Assembly: GCA_030747035.1 (NCBI GenBank)
Contig: JASLLM010000002.1
Span: forward strand, 1 to 61,387
DNA from: Alphaproteobacteria bacterium
Lineage (GTDB): Bacteria; Pseudomonadota; Alphaproteobacteria; GCA-2731375
DNA: 61,387 bases
Direction: 5' to 3'
Shown here one piece after another: positions 47,250 through 57,032 of this stretch (positions are counted from its first letter, which is position 1; each line of letters starts with the position of its first letter). A program made the translations under genes and the position numbers. A model generated the notes under the pieces. The model ran no database searches, had not been told where the DNA came from, and saw only the letters and a list, made by a program, of their open reading frames with translations.

Positions 47250-48236
47250 CTACTCAACGATGATCTTTGCGTCCGGGTTGAAGGCATGAAAGGCAAAGGC
47301 AAAATCAACACGGTAGTGCACATCGACCAGATTACCGTTGGCATCGCGCCGCTGCACCAGGACATTTCCGGCCTCCCGGCCCTCCGCAATGATGGCGCTG
47401 TCGAGCGCGGAATTCTGGCCGTATTCAAATGTCAATATCAGGCCGTCCTCGGTCTCGATCCGCTCCTTGATCTGCAGGAAATCGACCGACCAGGCCCGAT
47501 TGCCCACGGCCACCACGCGGGCCAGGGGGGCGACCACCCCCGGCAGTTTGCCACGGTACAGGAACGGCGTATGGGCGGAATCGTAGCCGCGATATGGGTT
47601 TATGCCGTATTGGCGCATATGGGGATTGGTCGGCACCAGAACGTCGCCCTTCGGCGCACGGGCCTTGAACTTGGCGAAGGATTCCAAGCGCGCCGGCAGA
47701 AAGCGTAGTTTCTGCCCCGTTCTTTCACCGATAATTGCCTCGCCGGTAAATTGCTGCCACCAGCTTTCGCTCTGCCGGTCATACATCACCAGATCCGAAT
47801 AGCGCAGCTTGCCCGTGGTGCCGAACTCCAGGGTCAGTCCATCAACCCGCCTGTCGAACACCACCGCCGCGTTGCACAGGGGACAGAAGGTGACCGCCAC
47901 CGGCACACCGTCGATGACATCGTTGACGATTTCATGCCAAATCAGAATGGACAGGGGATAGGCACGGCTTTTGCCATTGATGGTCAATCCCACCACCGGC
48001 TCGGTTGCCGCATATTTCTCCGCTTCGGCCACCGCCACATAACGGGGATCATCGATCGATGGAATGCGGTCCTTGCTCACCCCGCCGGACATGATCTGAT
48101 CGAACGGGACGGAATGCTTGGAGAAATCGGTTTTGGGCCATTCCCGGCTCCATTGGCTCGGGTTCGCCTGAATGGGTCCCGGCACCACGAAAAAGACCAG
48201 GGCGGCCAAAGCCGCGATTGTCAAATAGGGTCTCAT
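47250..48236 (-). CDS. Exported DUF3179 protein
   Basis: Signal peptide, HEIVND, FCPLC, FGTTGKL, MYDRQSESWWQQ; GGAGG RBS. Confidence 0.85.
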   Translation of the reverse strand: MRPYLTIAALAALVFFVVPGPIQANPSQWSREWPKTDFSKHSVPFDQIMSGGVSKDRIPSIDDPRYVAVAEAEKYAATEPVVGLTINGKSRAYPLSILIWHEIVNDVIDGVPVAVTFCPLCNAAVVFDRRVDGLTLEFGTTGKLRYSDLVMYDRQSESWWQQFTGEAIIGERTGQKLRFLPARLESFAKFKARAPKGDVLVPTNPHMRQYGINPYRGYDSAHTPFLYRGKLPGVVAPLARVVAVGNRAWSVDFLQIKERIETEDGLILTFEYGQNSALDSAIIAEGREAGNVLVQRRDANGNLVDVHYRVDFAFAFHAFNPDAKIIVE

Positions 48237-48376
48237 GACCGCACCTCCGTTACGTTCCCTGCAATACCTTGTCCCCATGGTCGTCAACCATGTGATCGTG
48301 TGCAAGTCACAGCTTCTTGACCCAATTCCATAGCTGGTTCTTGACCCTGGGGGACAGGCGGGCCAAGTTGCGCGCC

Positions 48377-49513
48377 ATGATCGATCGAGTTGACAGCATC
48401 GTGGTGGGAGCCGGCGTGGTTGGCCTGGCCATTGCCCGGCAACTGGCGCTGGCCGGGGATGAGGTTATCGTCCTGGAAGCCGCAGACATCATTGGCAGCG
48501 GAACCTCGTCGCGCAACAGCGAGGTGATCCATGCCGGTATTTACTATGCCAAGGACAGTCTGAAAGCCCGGTTTTGCGTTTCCGGCAAAGCCAAGCTGTA
48601 TGAGTTTTGTGCCGCCCATGGCGTGGCGCACCGCAATTGCGGCAAATTGATCGTAGCCACGTCGGCGGACGAGTTGGAGGTTCTTGACGGCATCAAGGCA
48701 AAGGCAGCCGCCAACGGTGTCGACGACCTTTATGAAATCAGTGCGGCGGAGGCGATCGCACAGGAACCGGCCCTCGCCTGTACCGGCGCGCTGGTATCCC
48801 CCTCCACCGGCATCATCGACAGTCATGGCCTGATGCTGGCCTATCAGGGCGAGGCGGAGGATCATGGCGCCGTCATTGCCTTCAACAGCCGTGCCGTTGG
48901 CGGGCGGGTCCTGGGCGATGGCATTGCCTTGCGGGTCAGGAGTGAAGACGGTGGCGAGATGGAGCTGGCCTGCAGCCGCCTGATTAATTCCGCGGGTCTA
49001 TATGCCCAGCCAATGGCCCGCACCATCGAAGGCCTGGATCCAGAAAAAGTTCCGGCGCTGTATTATTGCAAGGGCAACTATTTCTCCCTCGCCGGCACTC
49101 AACCATTTTCCCGACTGATCTATCCGGTCCCCGCCTCGGCCTCCCTTGGGGTGCATTTGACCATAGACCTGGGCGGCCAGGCCCGTTTTGGCCCTGACCA
49201 GCAATGGTTGGAGGGGGAGGTCACGGACCTGTACGAACCCATTGACTACGTCGTGGAACCCAGCCGGGCGGATGTCTTCTACGAGGCGGTACGCCGCTAT
49301 TATCCGGCCTTACCCGACGATTCGCTGAAACCCGCCTATAGCGGCATGCGGCCAAAGCTGCAGCAGCCGGGTGGCGGGGTCGAGGATTTTCTGATCCAGG
49401 GGCCCTCGGACCACGGTGTGGCCGGACTGATCAATCTCTATGGCATAGAATCGCCGGGTTTGACCTCGTCCCTGGCAATTGCCGAACATGTCGCTGCGCT
49501 GTTGCATGATTGA
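48377..49513 (+). CDS. FAD-dependent oxidoreductase, L-2-hydroxyglutarate oxidase family
   Basis: [37 protein letters not shown]. Confidence 0.9.
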   Translation: MIDRVDSIVVGAGVVGLAIARQLALAGDEVIVLEAADIIGSGTSSRNSEVIHAGIYYAKDSLKARFCVSGKAKLYEFCAAHGVAHRNCGKLIVATSADELEVLDGIKAKAAANGVDDLYEISAAEAIAQEPALACTGALVSPSTGIIDSHGLMLAYQGEAEDHGAVIAFNSRAVGGRVLGDGIALRVRSEDGGEMELACSRLINSAGLYAQPMARTIEGLDPEKVPALYYCKGNYFSLAGTQPFSRLIYPVPASASLGVHLTIDLGGQARFGPDQQWLEGEVTDLYEPIDYVVEPSRADVFYEAVRRYYPALPDDSLKPAYSGMRPKLQQPGGGVEDFLIQGPSDHGVAGLINLYGIESPGLTSSLAIAEHVAALLHD

Positions 49514-49576
49514 GCCTCGCTTGCGGCCTTGGCCGGGCATGGGATAGTTTGCGCAAAACCAGAAGAGAGAAAGATA

Positions 49577-50461
49577 ATGGGCGGTGTTTCAATGAACGGA
49601 CTATTCGGCATCCGGCGGCGCGGTTTGCGGCCTGGATTCTTGTTGCCACTGACCATTATCTTGAGCCTGTCCGTTGCCTTGCCCATCGGCGAAGCCGACG
49701 CCGAGGGCCGTTACAATGATTGGGAGTTGTGGACTTCATCCGCGAACGCGGTATTGCCCGCCAAACAGGGTTCGTTAGGGCCGTTTCGCCTTAATGTCGC
49801 AGCCGGTGCGGCGGCGGCGCCGGAATATCTCGGCTCCGACAGCATCGCAATGAAGCCCCTTCCCCTGGTGGACCTGAATTATGCCGGTGCCCTGTTTCTT
49901 TCCACCCAGCAGGGTGTTGGCTGGAACATGTGGCGCAAGACAACCTTGCGGGCCGGGCCCAGAATTACCTTCGACTATGGCCGCTTGGCTTCGGATTCGC
50001 CCAAATTGGCCGGGTTGCCTGATATCGAATTGGGTACCGAGTTGGGCCTGTTCCTGGAAGGATTTTCCGGTGCATGGCGGTTCAAAAGTGATATCCGCCA
50101 GGAAGTCGGCGGCGGCCATGGCGGCTTGCTGCTCAACGGCGAGGTGGCCTGGGGCAGCCGCTGGTCAAAGAATGCATCGATTATCCTTGGTGGGCGTATG
50201 ACCTACATGGACGACACCTATGCGGAAAGCTATTTTTCAATCGCCGCCGCCAATGCAACCGCCGGCCGTTCGACTTATGCGGCGGCGGGTGGCTTTCGGG
50301 ACGCCAATGCCTATGTGCAGCTGATTTATGACTTTACCCAGGCCTTTTACGTCTCCACAGAACTGCGTGGCACCATGTTGATGGAACAGGCGGCCGACAG
50401 CCCGATCAGCGAGTCGGACGCCTTCTTCACCGGCTCGGTCATGGTTGGCTACCGCTTCTGA
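49577..50461 (+). CDS. MipA/OmpV family outer membrane protein
   Basis: PEYLGSD, YAESYFSI, AADSPI, terminal YRF. Confidence 0.85.
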   Translation: MGGVSMNGLFGIRRRGLRPGFLLPLTIILSLSVALPIGEADAEGRYNDWELWTSSANAVLPAKQGSLGPFRLNVAAGAAAAPEYLGSDSIAMKPLPLVDLNYAGALFLSTQQGVGWNMWRKTTLRAGPRITFDYGRLASDSPKLAGLPDIELGTELGLFLEGFSGAWRFKSDIRQEVGGGHGGLLLNGEVAWGSRWSKNASIILGGRMTYMDDTYAESYFSIAAANATAGRSTYAAAGGFRDANAYVQLIYDFTQAFYVSTELRGTMLMEQAADSPISESDAFFTGSVMVGYRF

Positions 50462-51870
50462 TGGCGTCCGGGCCCGGCAAATCGGCCCAAGGCACCGGCG
50501 CCCGCGCCGTTCGCACCGCGGCCCAGGCGCGCCGCATTGTCAAGCAACGGGGCCTGGACCATGTGAAGGTCGGGGTGTTCGATGCCGATGGCGTGTTGCG
50601 GGGCAAGTTCATGGGCGTCGAGAAATTTTTCTCGGCTCTTGATAAGGGTTTCGGCTTTTGCGACGTGGTGCTGGGCTGGGACAGTGCCGACCAGCTTTAT
50701 GACAATACCTCGTATACCGGCTGGCATACCGGCTATCCGGACGCCCAGGTACGCATTCTACCCGATAGCTGCCGTGACCAGCCGTTTGATTTCGACGGCC
50801 GGGGTCTATTGTTCCTAGGCGAATTCATGGGCCCGGCCGAGGCGATTTGCCCGCGTGGCTTGCTGCGCCGGGTAGTGGCGCGGGCCCGCGACATGGGCCT
50901 GGCGGCACGCGCCGCGTTCGAGTACGAGTTTTTCCTGTTCGACGAGACGCCCGAAAGTGCCGCGGCCAAGGGCTATCGCGGCCTGCAGCCCATAACGCCG
51001 GGCAATTTCGGCTATTCCCTGTTGCGCGCCTCGGCCTGGTCGGATTTCCATGGCGCCTTGCTACAAGCCTGCCGGGACATGGATTTCCCCCTCGAAGGGC
51101 TGCATACCGAAACCGGGCCCGGTGTACTGGAAGCCAGCATCGACAAGGATCAAGCCATGGCCGCCGCCGACAAGGCGGCGCTGTTCAAGACTTTTGCCAA
51201 GGTCATCGCCCAACGCCATGGCCTGATGGCCACCTTCATGGCGAAATGGTCACCTGACTATCCCGGTCAATCGGGGCATATCCATCTCTCCCTGGACAAA
51301 GTCAAGAGCGGCAAATCGGCCTTTCATGATGCCAAGGCGGAGGCGGGTATCAGTCCTCTGATGCGGCATTTTATCGGCGGCCAGCAGGCCCTGATGCCGG
51401 AACTTCTGGCCCTGATCGCGCCGACGGTGAACGCCTATACCCGGCTGATCCCCGGCTTTTGGGCCCCGACAGAGGCAACCTGGGGGTTGGATAACCGTAC
51501 CTGCGCCTTGCGGGTGATCGGTGGCGGGGCAAAGTCACAACGGGTGGAATTCCGGGTCGCGGCGGCCGATGCCAATCCCTATCTGGCGCTGGCCGCCGCC
51601 CTTGGCGCCGGTCTGTGGGGTATCGAACACGGCATCGAGCCGTCGGCGTCCGTTACGGGCAATGCCTACGACCAACGTCAGCCAAAGCGGCTGGCCCTGC
51701 CGCAAAGTCTGGGTGAAGCAGCACAACGTTTGGGACACTCCAAACCGGCCCGGGCCCTGTTCGGCGATGCCTTCGTTGAACATTTTGCCGCCTCTCGCGA
51801 CTGGGAGGAACGGCAAGCGCGCCGGGCCGTGACGGATTGGCAATTGCAGCGCTATTTCGAGATAATTTGA
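50461..51870 (+). CDS. Glutamine synthetase-like (gamma-glutamyl ligase) protein
   Basis: GVLRGK, FEYEF, HTETGPG, ATFMAK, SGHIH, DNRT, ADANPY. Confidence 0.9.
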   Translation: MASGPGKSAQGTGARAVRTAAQARRIVKQRGLDHVKVGVFDADGVLRGKFMGVEKFFSALDKGFGFCDVVLGWDSADQLYDNTSYTGWHTGYPDAQVRILPDSCRDQPFDFDGRGLLFLGEFMGPAEAICPRGLLRRVVARARDMGLAARAAFEYEFFLFDETPESAAAKGYRGLQPITPGNFGYSLLRASAWSDFHGALLQACRDMDFPLEGLHTETGPGVLEASIDKDQAMAAADKAALFKTFAKVIAQRHGLMATFMAKWSPDYPGQSGHIHLSLDKVKSGKSAFHDAKAEAGISPLMRHFIGGQQALMPELLALIAPTVNAYTRLIPGFWAPTEATWGLDNRTCALRVIGGGAKSQRVEFRVAAADANPYLALAAALGAGLWGIEHGIEPSASVTGNAYDQRQPKRLALPQSLGEAAQRLGHSKPARALFGDAFVEHFAASRDWEERQARRAVTDWQLQRYFEII

Positions 51871-52040
51871 GGCGACGGATAATTTCACATAACCATGCCG
51901 TCGTGAAATATTGATCCGGCCCGGAATGGCGGCGCGACAGAATCTGGCGAATTACATAAACCAAGTATTAACTAATTGAATTTTAACAAATTTCTGCTGA
52001 AATATAGACTGACTGTAAAGCCTATCTAGGGATTTTCGTG

Positions 52041-53120
52041 ATGTCTGTCTTCAGCGCCAAAAGTTTCCGTAATCACGAACAAGTTCTGTTCCATCAAGAC
52101 CCCGCCAGCGGCCTTGTCGCCATTATCGCCATCCACGACACCACCCTTGGCCCGGCCCTGGGTGGCTGCCGGTTTTGGGCCTATGAGGACGAAGATGCGG
52201 CCCTGGATGATGTGCTACGGCTATCGCGGGGCATGACCTACAAGGCCGCTCTGGCGAATTTGTCCTTCGGCGGCGGCAAGGCGGTCATCATGGCGCCCAG
52301 GGACGGAACGAAAAGCCCGGCGCTGTTCCGTGCCTTCGGCCAGTTCGTCAACAGCCTGGGCGGACGCTATATCACGGCCGAGGACGTCGGCACCTCCCCC
52401 GCCGACATGGAAATCGTCCATGCCGTTACGCCGTATGTTGCGGGCGTCGCCGACGGCGGCGCCGGCGATGGTGATCCTTCACCGGCCACGGCGTGGGGCG
52501 TGTTCCATGGCCTGCGCGCGGCGGTGGCGGCGAAACTGGGGCGGAGCGATCTGCACGACGTACATGTGGCGGTGCAGGGCCTGGGCCACGTGGGCGGCCA
52601 TCTGGCGCAGCATCTGGCGGACCGGGGCGCCCTTCTGACGGTCGCCGACCTGGACGAGGGTCGCCTGGCCTGGGCCAAGCGCGACCTTGGCGCCCAGGTG
52701 GTGGATGTGAATGCTATTTATGACGTGGCGGCGGATGTTTTCGCACCCAATGCCATGGGTGCGGTCCTGAACGACGACACCATCCCGCGCCTGAACGTCA
52801 AGGCGGTGGCCGGATCCGCCAACAATCAACTGGCAGAAGACCGCCACGGTGCCGATTTGGCCGCGCGGGGCATCCTCTACGCACCCGACTATGTGATCAA
52901 CGCCGGCGGCATCATCAACATCTCGCACGAAGGCCGGCTCTATAACCGCGAGAAAGCCATGGCCCATTGCGCCCGCATCCACGATACACTGGTGGAGATC
53001 TTCCAGCGTGCGGAGCAGGAAGGCCGCCCCACCAACGAGATCGCCGACCAGTTGGCGGAGGAGCGCATAGCCAGCCACGCCGCCACTGCGCGCAACAGCC
53101 TGCGTGCCGCCGTCGGATAG
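52041..53120 (+). CDS. ldh: Leucine/valine dehydrogenase (Glu/Leu/Phe/Val family)
   Basis: LGPALGGCR, GMTYK, GGGKAV, AEDVGT, GSANNQL, NAGG. Confidence 0.9.
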   Translation: MSVFSAKSFRNHEQVLFHQDPASGLVAIIAIHDTTLGPALGGCRFWAYEDEDAALDDVLRLSRGMTYKAALANLSFGGGKAVIMAPRDGTKSPALFRAFGQFVNSLGGRYITAEDVGTSPADMEIVHAVTPYVAGVADGGAGDGDPSPATAWGVFHGLRAAVAAKLGRSDLHDVHVAVQGLGHVGGHLAQHLADRGALLTVADLDEGRLAWAKRDLGAQVVDVNAIYDVAADVFAPNAMGAVLNDDTIPRLNVKAVAGSANNQLAEDRHGADLAARGILYAPDYVINAGGIINISHEGRLYNREKAMAHCARIHDTLVEIFQRAEQEGRPTNEIADQLAEERIASHAATARNSLRAAVG

Positions 53121-53136
53121 GTCTGTTCAGCGCGGC

Positions 53137-53472
53137 CTAGCCGTGCTCGCCGCTTGCCATGATCGCGTCGAACTTGGCTTTTTTCTCGTCGCTGGTCTCG
53201 GTCTGGTATTTTTCGGTCCATTCGCTGTACGGCATGCCGTAGACGATTTCCCTGGCACCGCCTTTGTCCAGATCCAGGCCTTTTTCATTGGCCGCTTCCA
53301 TATACCAGCGCGATAGGCAGTTGCGGCAAAAGCCGGCCAAATTCATCATGTCGATGTTCTGCACATCCGTGCGCGCCCGCAGATGGTCGCGCATACGGCG
53401 GAACGCGGCGGCTTCCAGCTCAATCTGAGTTTGCGCATCGATATTTTGCTCGGACATTATCTTCTTCCCCAT
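53137..53472 (-). CDS. DUF1244 family protein
   Basis: ELEAAAFRR, VQNIDMMNLAGFCRNCLSRWY, YGMPY. Confidence 0.9.
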   Translation of the reverse strand: MGKKIMSEQNIDAQTQIELEAAAFRRMRDHLRARTDVQNIDMMNLAGFCRNCLSRWYMEAANEKGLDLDKGGAREIVYGMPYSEWTEKYQTETSDEKKAKFDAIMASGEHG

Positions 53473-53514
53473 TTTCCCTTCCTGCCCATCATATAGCGTC
53501 TTCCACGTCCTCGG

Positions 53515-54651
53515 CTATAGGTCCCGGACGGTTTCCCCGATCAGCCAATCCACCACCTGGCGCAGAGCCTCTTCCTTCGTGGCGCCGCTGGCGACAGCGT
53601 CGTCATGGATACGGACCTGTGTTTGCGCCGAGGTGCCGCGGCGCAGAATTTCGCCTGCGTGCTCAACCTCGGCCTCGCAGCCCAGAGCCTCGGCTTCCGG
53701 CGCAACCATCTCCATAACTTCGGCCAACAGGTCTTCATAGGGCACCTGCTCGCCCAGGCCAAAATCGATCATGGTATCAGTGATGCCATAACGTTGCGCC
53801 CGCCAGCGGTTCTCCTCGACACAGATCAGCGGGTAAATGCGCCAGCGTTGATTGGACGTGCGCAGGCGGTACAGCATGGCCAGGATGCATTGATACAGGG
53901 CGGCTACGGTCAGGGTGTCTTTCAGCGATGTGCAGATGTCGGTCATGCGCATTTCCAGGGTCGGGTAGCGGGCCGAAGGCCGCATGTCCCACCAGATCTT
54001 GGTGCCGTCCTCAATCACCCCGGCATTGACCAAGCGCCGCACAAGGCGTTCGTATTCACCATAGGAATCAAAGCGCTCCGGTACCCCGGTGCGGGGCAAG
54101 GCGTCGAACACGGTCAGGCGATAGGACATCAGGCCGGTATTCTCACCACCCCAGAACGGCGACGATGTGCTCAAAGCCAGAAGGTGCGGCAGGAAATATG
54201 TGGCCTGGTTCATTAGGTCAATGCGCATGTCCTCGTCTTCCACGGCGACATGCACATGCATGCCCGAGATCAATAGCCGCCGCGCGGTGGCCTGCAGGGC
54301 ATTGGCCAGATCGTCATAGCGCTCCTTGTCGGTATGGCTTTGCTGGCTCCAATGAGCGAAAGGGTGGGTCGAGGCGGCGATCGGGGCAAGACCGTATTGC
54401 CCCGCGACTTCGGCCACGGTGCCGCGCAGCTCCTGCAAATCCCCCCGTGCCTCGTCAATATTGGCGCAAACGTTGGTGCCGACTTCGATCTGCGAGCGCA
54501 TGAATTCCGCCGTCACCCTGGTACCCAGACGGGCCTCGCAATCGCGCAGCAACTCGCCCGGCGGATTGGTGGCCAGATCGCGGGTGTCGCGGTCTACAAG
54601 AAGGTATTCCTCCTCGATACCCATGGTGAAACTAGGTTTGGAAATGGACAT
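53515..54651 (-). CDS. Carboxylate-amine ligase (YbdK/GCS2 family)
   Basis: MGIEEEY, GMHVHV, WWDMRPS, TLEMR, ENRWRAQRYG. Confidence 0.92.
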   Translation of the reverse strand: MSISKPSFTMGIEEEYLLVDRDTRDLATNPPGELLRDCEARLGTRVTAEFMRSQIEVGTNVCANIDEARGDLQELRGTVAEVAGQYGLAPIAASTHPFAHWSQQSHTDKERYDDLANALQATARRLLISGMHVHVAVEDEDMRIDLMNQATYFLPHLLALSTSSPFWGGENTGLMSYRLTVFDALPRTGVPERFDSYGEYERLVRRLVNAGVIEDGTKIWWDMRPSARYPTLEMRMTDICTSLKDTLTVAALYQCILAMLYRLRTSNQRWRIYPLICVEENRWRAQRYGITDTMIDFGLGEQVPYEDLLAEVMEMVAPEAEALGCEAEVEHAGEILRRGTSAQTQVRIHDDAVASGATKEEALRQVVDWLIGETVRDL

Positions 54652-54688
54652 GCTCTCATCCTCACCGTTATCGCGTCAGGGTCTTCCA

Positions 54689-55516
54689 TTACTTCGCACC
54701 GTTTCCCGCGCCGTGGGCGGTCAGTACCGGGGCCAGGGCCTTGGCCAGAATATGGGCCCAGCGTTCAGCGCCCTGGGCAGTCTCGATCTGGTCCTGGCGA
54801 ATTTCAAAAACCGCGATGGGCAGGCCATTATCGGCGGCATGGACGTGCAAGGCATAGCCAGGCGGATTGGTGCCATCGTAAGGTTCGTTTTCACCCACCA
54901 GCAGATCCCGGTTCCGGCGCAATTCGCGGATCACGGGGGCGGCCAGGCGTTGGTCCTGATCCCATAAAACACCCACATGCCAAGGCCGTTTGAAACCCTC
55001 CATCTCGGGCGTAAACGAGTGCACGGAAATCAGCGCCAGGGCCCGATGTTGTTCCTGCAGGGCACGGATGCGGCGGTCAATTTCGTCATGATAGGGATGG
55101 AAAAAGCACTCCATCCGGCGCTGCCTCTCCGCCAGGTCAATGTTGGCATTGCCGGGGACAGTGACGCCATCGCTGGTTTTCGGGATCGAGCTGTCGACGC
55201 CGAAAGGACGGTTGCAGTCGACCACCAGGCGGGAGGTGCCGCACAGAACCGCCGATGCATCCAGTATCTCGGCAAGCCTGCCGGCAACTTCGCCGGCACC
55301 GATATCCCAGGCGATATGACGTGATAACTGGCTCTCTGACAGACCAAGGTCGGCATATTCCAGCGGTATATGCCGGCTGGCATGATCGCAGATAATCAGG
55401 GCCGGCGCCCTACCGCCATCATTGACCACGGTGAAGGGATCATGCGCAATCGCGGCGCCTTCGAAGCCGGGCGTCGAATTCATGGCCCGAAGTTGTTCAA
55501 AATCTTTCTTATCCAA
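54689..55516 (-). CDS. N-formylglutamate amidohydrolase family protein
   Basis: CDHAS, HIAWDIG, SRLVVDCNR, HSFTP, ENEPY, EIRQD; the start may be 55483. Confidence 0.9.
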   Translation of the reverse strand: MDKKDFEQLRAMNSTPGFEGAAIAHDPFTVVNDGGRAPALIICDHASRHIPLEYADLGLSESQLSRHIAWDIGAGEVAGRLAEILDASAVLCGTSRLVVDCNRPFGVDSSIPKTSDGVTVPGNANIDLAERQRRMECFFHPYHDEIDRRIRALQEQHRALALISVHSFTPEMEGFKRPWHVGVLWDQDQRLAAPVIRELRRNRDLLVGENEPYDGTNPPGYALHVHAADNGLPIAVFEIRQDQIETAQGAERWAHILAKALAPVLTAHGAGNGAK

Positions 55517-55766
55517 GGCGTTACCTAGTATCAGGAGACAAAATTATAGGCGCGGGGCTAGAAGTCCGAGCCAAGGTCTGTACTTAGCAAATTATGGCCC
55601 ACGCCAGCCAGCGGTGTTTCGGCGCAAGATTTGCGATCCGTGTAGTATGATGTTCTTGGCGCCGAATAAAACAGCGAGTTGGACGAAGGCGCCGGGGTCA
55701 TACTATCGTTTTCCGGACCGGGACCGTCGAATGGGACATGGCGGCAATCAGGGGAAAGGAAGTTTT

Positions 55767-57023
55767 GTGAAGGATAATCGGCGCGGCTTGTTGGTAGAAC
55801 TATTTGAAGCCGCCGTCGCGGCCGCGGATCCGACCGTCTGTTTGCCGCCTCATCTGCCGTCACCGCCCCTTGGCCGCACGGTGGTTCTGGGTGCGGGCAA
55901 AGCGGCTGGAAGCATGACCCGGGCGGTGGAGCAGAATTGGCAGGGGGAGCTTGAAGGCCTGGTGGTCACACAATATGGCCACGCGGTTCCAACCAGCCGG
56001 ATTGAGGTTGTTCAGGCGGCCCACCCGGTGCCGGATGCGGCGGGGGAAGCGGCGGCGGCACGTATCCTTGCCCTGGCCGCGGATTTAGGACCGGATGATC
56101 TGTTGCTGGTGTTAATCTCCGGCGGCGGCTCTTCGCTGTTGAGCCTGCCCAGTCCCGGCCTGAGCCTCGCCGACAAACAGGCGGTCAACCAGGCTCTGCT
56201 GCGCAGTGGCGCGCCCATCGACCAGATGAATGTGGTGCGCAAGCATCTTTCCGCCATCAAGGGCGGCCAGTTGGCCGCGGCGGCGGCACCGGCACGTGTT
56301 GTCAGCCTGCTGATTTCCGATGTCCCCGGCGACGATCCCGCGATTATTGCCTCCGGTCCGACGGTGGCGGACCCATCCACTTTCGCCCAGGCCAGGGAGA
56401 TATTGGCGAACTATCACATCGACCCTCCTGAAGCTGTAGCCCGCCATTTGGCGGCGGCCGAGATGGAAACACCCAAACCGGGGGATCCCCGCCTGGAAGC
56501 CTGTGAAACCGCGCTCATAGCGCGACCGGCGCAGTCCATCGCGGCAGCGGCGGAGATTGCGGCTGCGGCGGGCTATCAGGTGGAATTGTTGGGCGATGAT
56601 CTGGAAGGGGAGGCCCGCGAACTTGGCGCAGGCCATGGCGAGATGGCCCTGACGCGGTATCGGGCCGGGCAGCGGGTCGCCTTGCTGTCAGGCGGCGAGA
56701 CAACGGTCACGGTCCGCGGCAAGGGCCGCGGCGGGCGAAATCTTGAATACCTTGCCGGGCTGGCCCTGGCGCTTGGCGGGGATCCGGGGATTTGCGCCAT
56801 CGCCTGCGATACTGATGGCATCGACGGAACGGAAGACAATGCCGGCGCCGTTGTCTTGCCCGATACCCTGATCCGCGCCGCCGCGACCGGATTGGATCCG
56901 GGAACCCTGCTGGCCGACAATGATGCCTATGGACTGTTTCATAGCCTTGATGATCTGGTGATCAGCGGCCCAACTCTGACTAATGTCAACGACTTCCGCG
57001 CAATTTTGATAGATCCCGTGTAA
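55767..57023 (+). CDS. ttuD: Glycerate 2-kinase (TtuD/MOFRL family)
   Basis: GAGKAA, ISGGGSSL, SDVPGD, GGETTV, TDGIDG, TNVND; GTG start. Confidence 0.9.
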   Translation: MKDNRRGLLVELFEAAVAAADPTVCLPPHLPSPPLGRTVVLGAGKAAGSMTRAVEQNWQGELEGLVVTQYGHAVPTSRIEVVQAAHPVPDAAGEAAAARILALAADLGPDDLLLVLISGGGSSLLSLPSPGLSLADKQAVNQALLRSGAPIDQMNVVRKHLSAIKGGQLAAAAAPARVVSLLISDVPGDDPAIIASGPTVADPSTFAQAREILANYHIDPPEAVARHLAAAEMETPKPGDPRLEACETALIARPAQSIAAAAEIAAAAGYQVELLGDDLEGEARELGAGHGEMALTRYRAGQRVALLSGGETTVTVRGKGRGGRNLEYLAGLALALGGDPGICAIACDTDGIDGTEDNAGAVVLPDTLIRAAATGLDPGTLLADNDAYGLFHSLDDLVISGPTLTNVNDFRAILIDPV

Positions 57024-57032
57024 GCTGACCCC

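Noticed and set aside
47250-48236. Selenocysteine recoding in the DUF3179 gene
   Set aside because: The motif is plain CPLC and there is no in-frame TGA.
51880-52037. AT-rich tract as a replication origin or CtrA box
   Set aside because: TTAA spacing is 11 rather than 7 and no DnaA boxes were seen. It is more likely the leucine dehydrogenase promoter region.
55422-55766. Long N-terminal extension of ttuD (similar extensions on the EamA, J-domain, ccmH and CheY-like ORFs)
   Set aside because: The extensions overlap neighbouring genes or promoters, and family homology starts at the downstream start codons.
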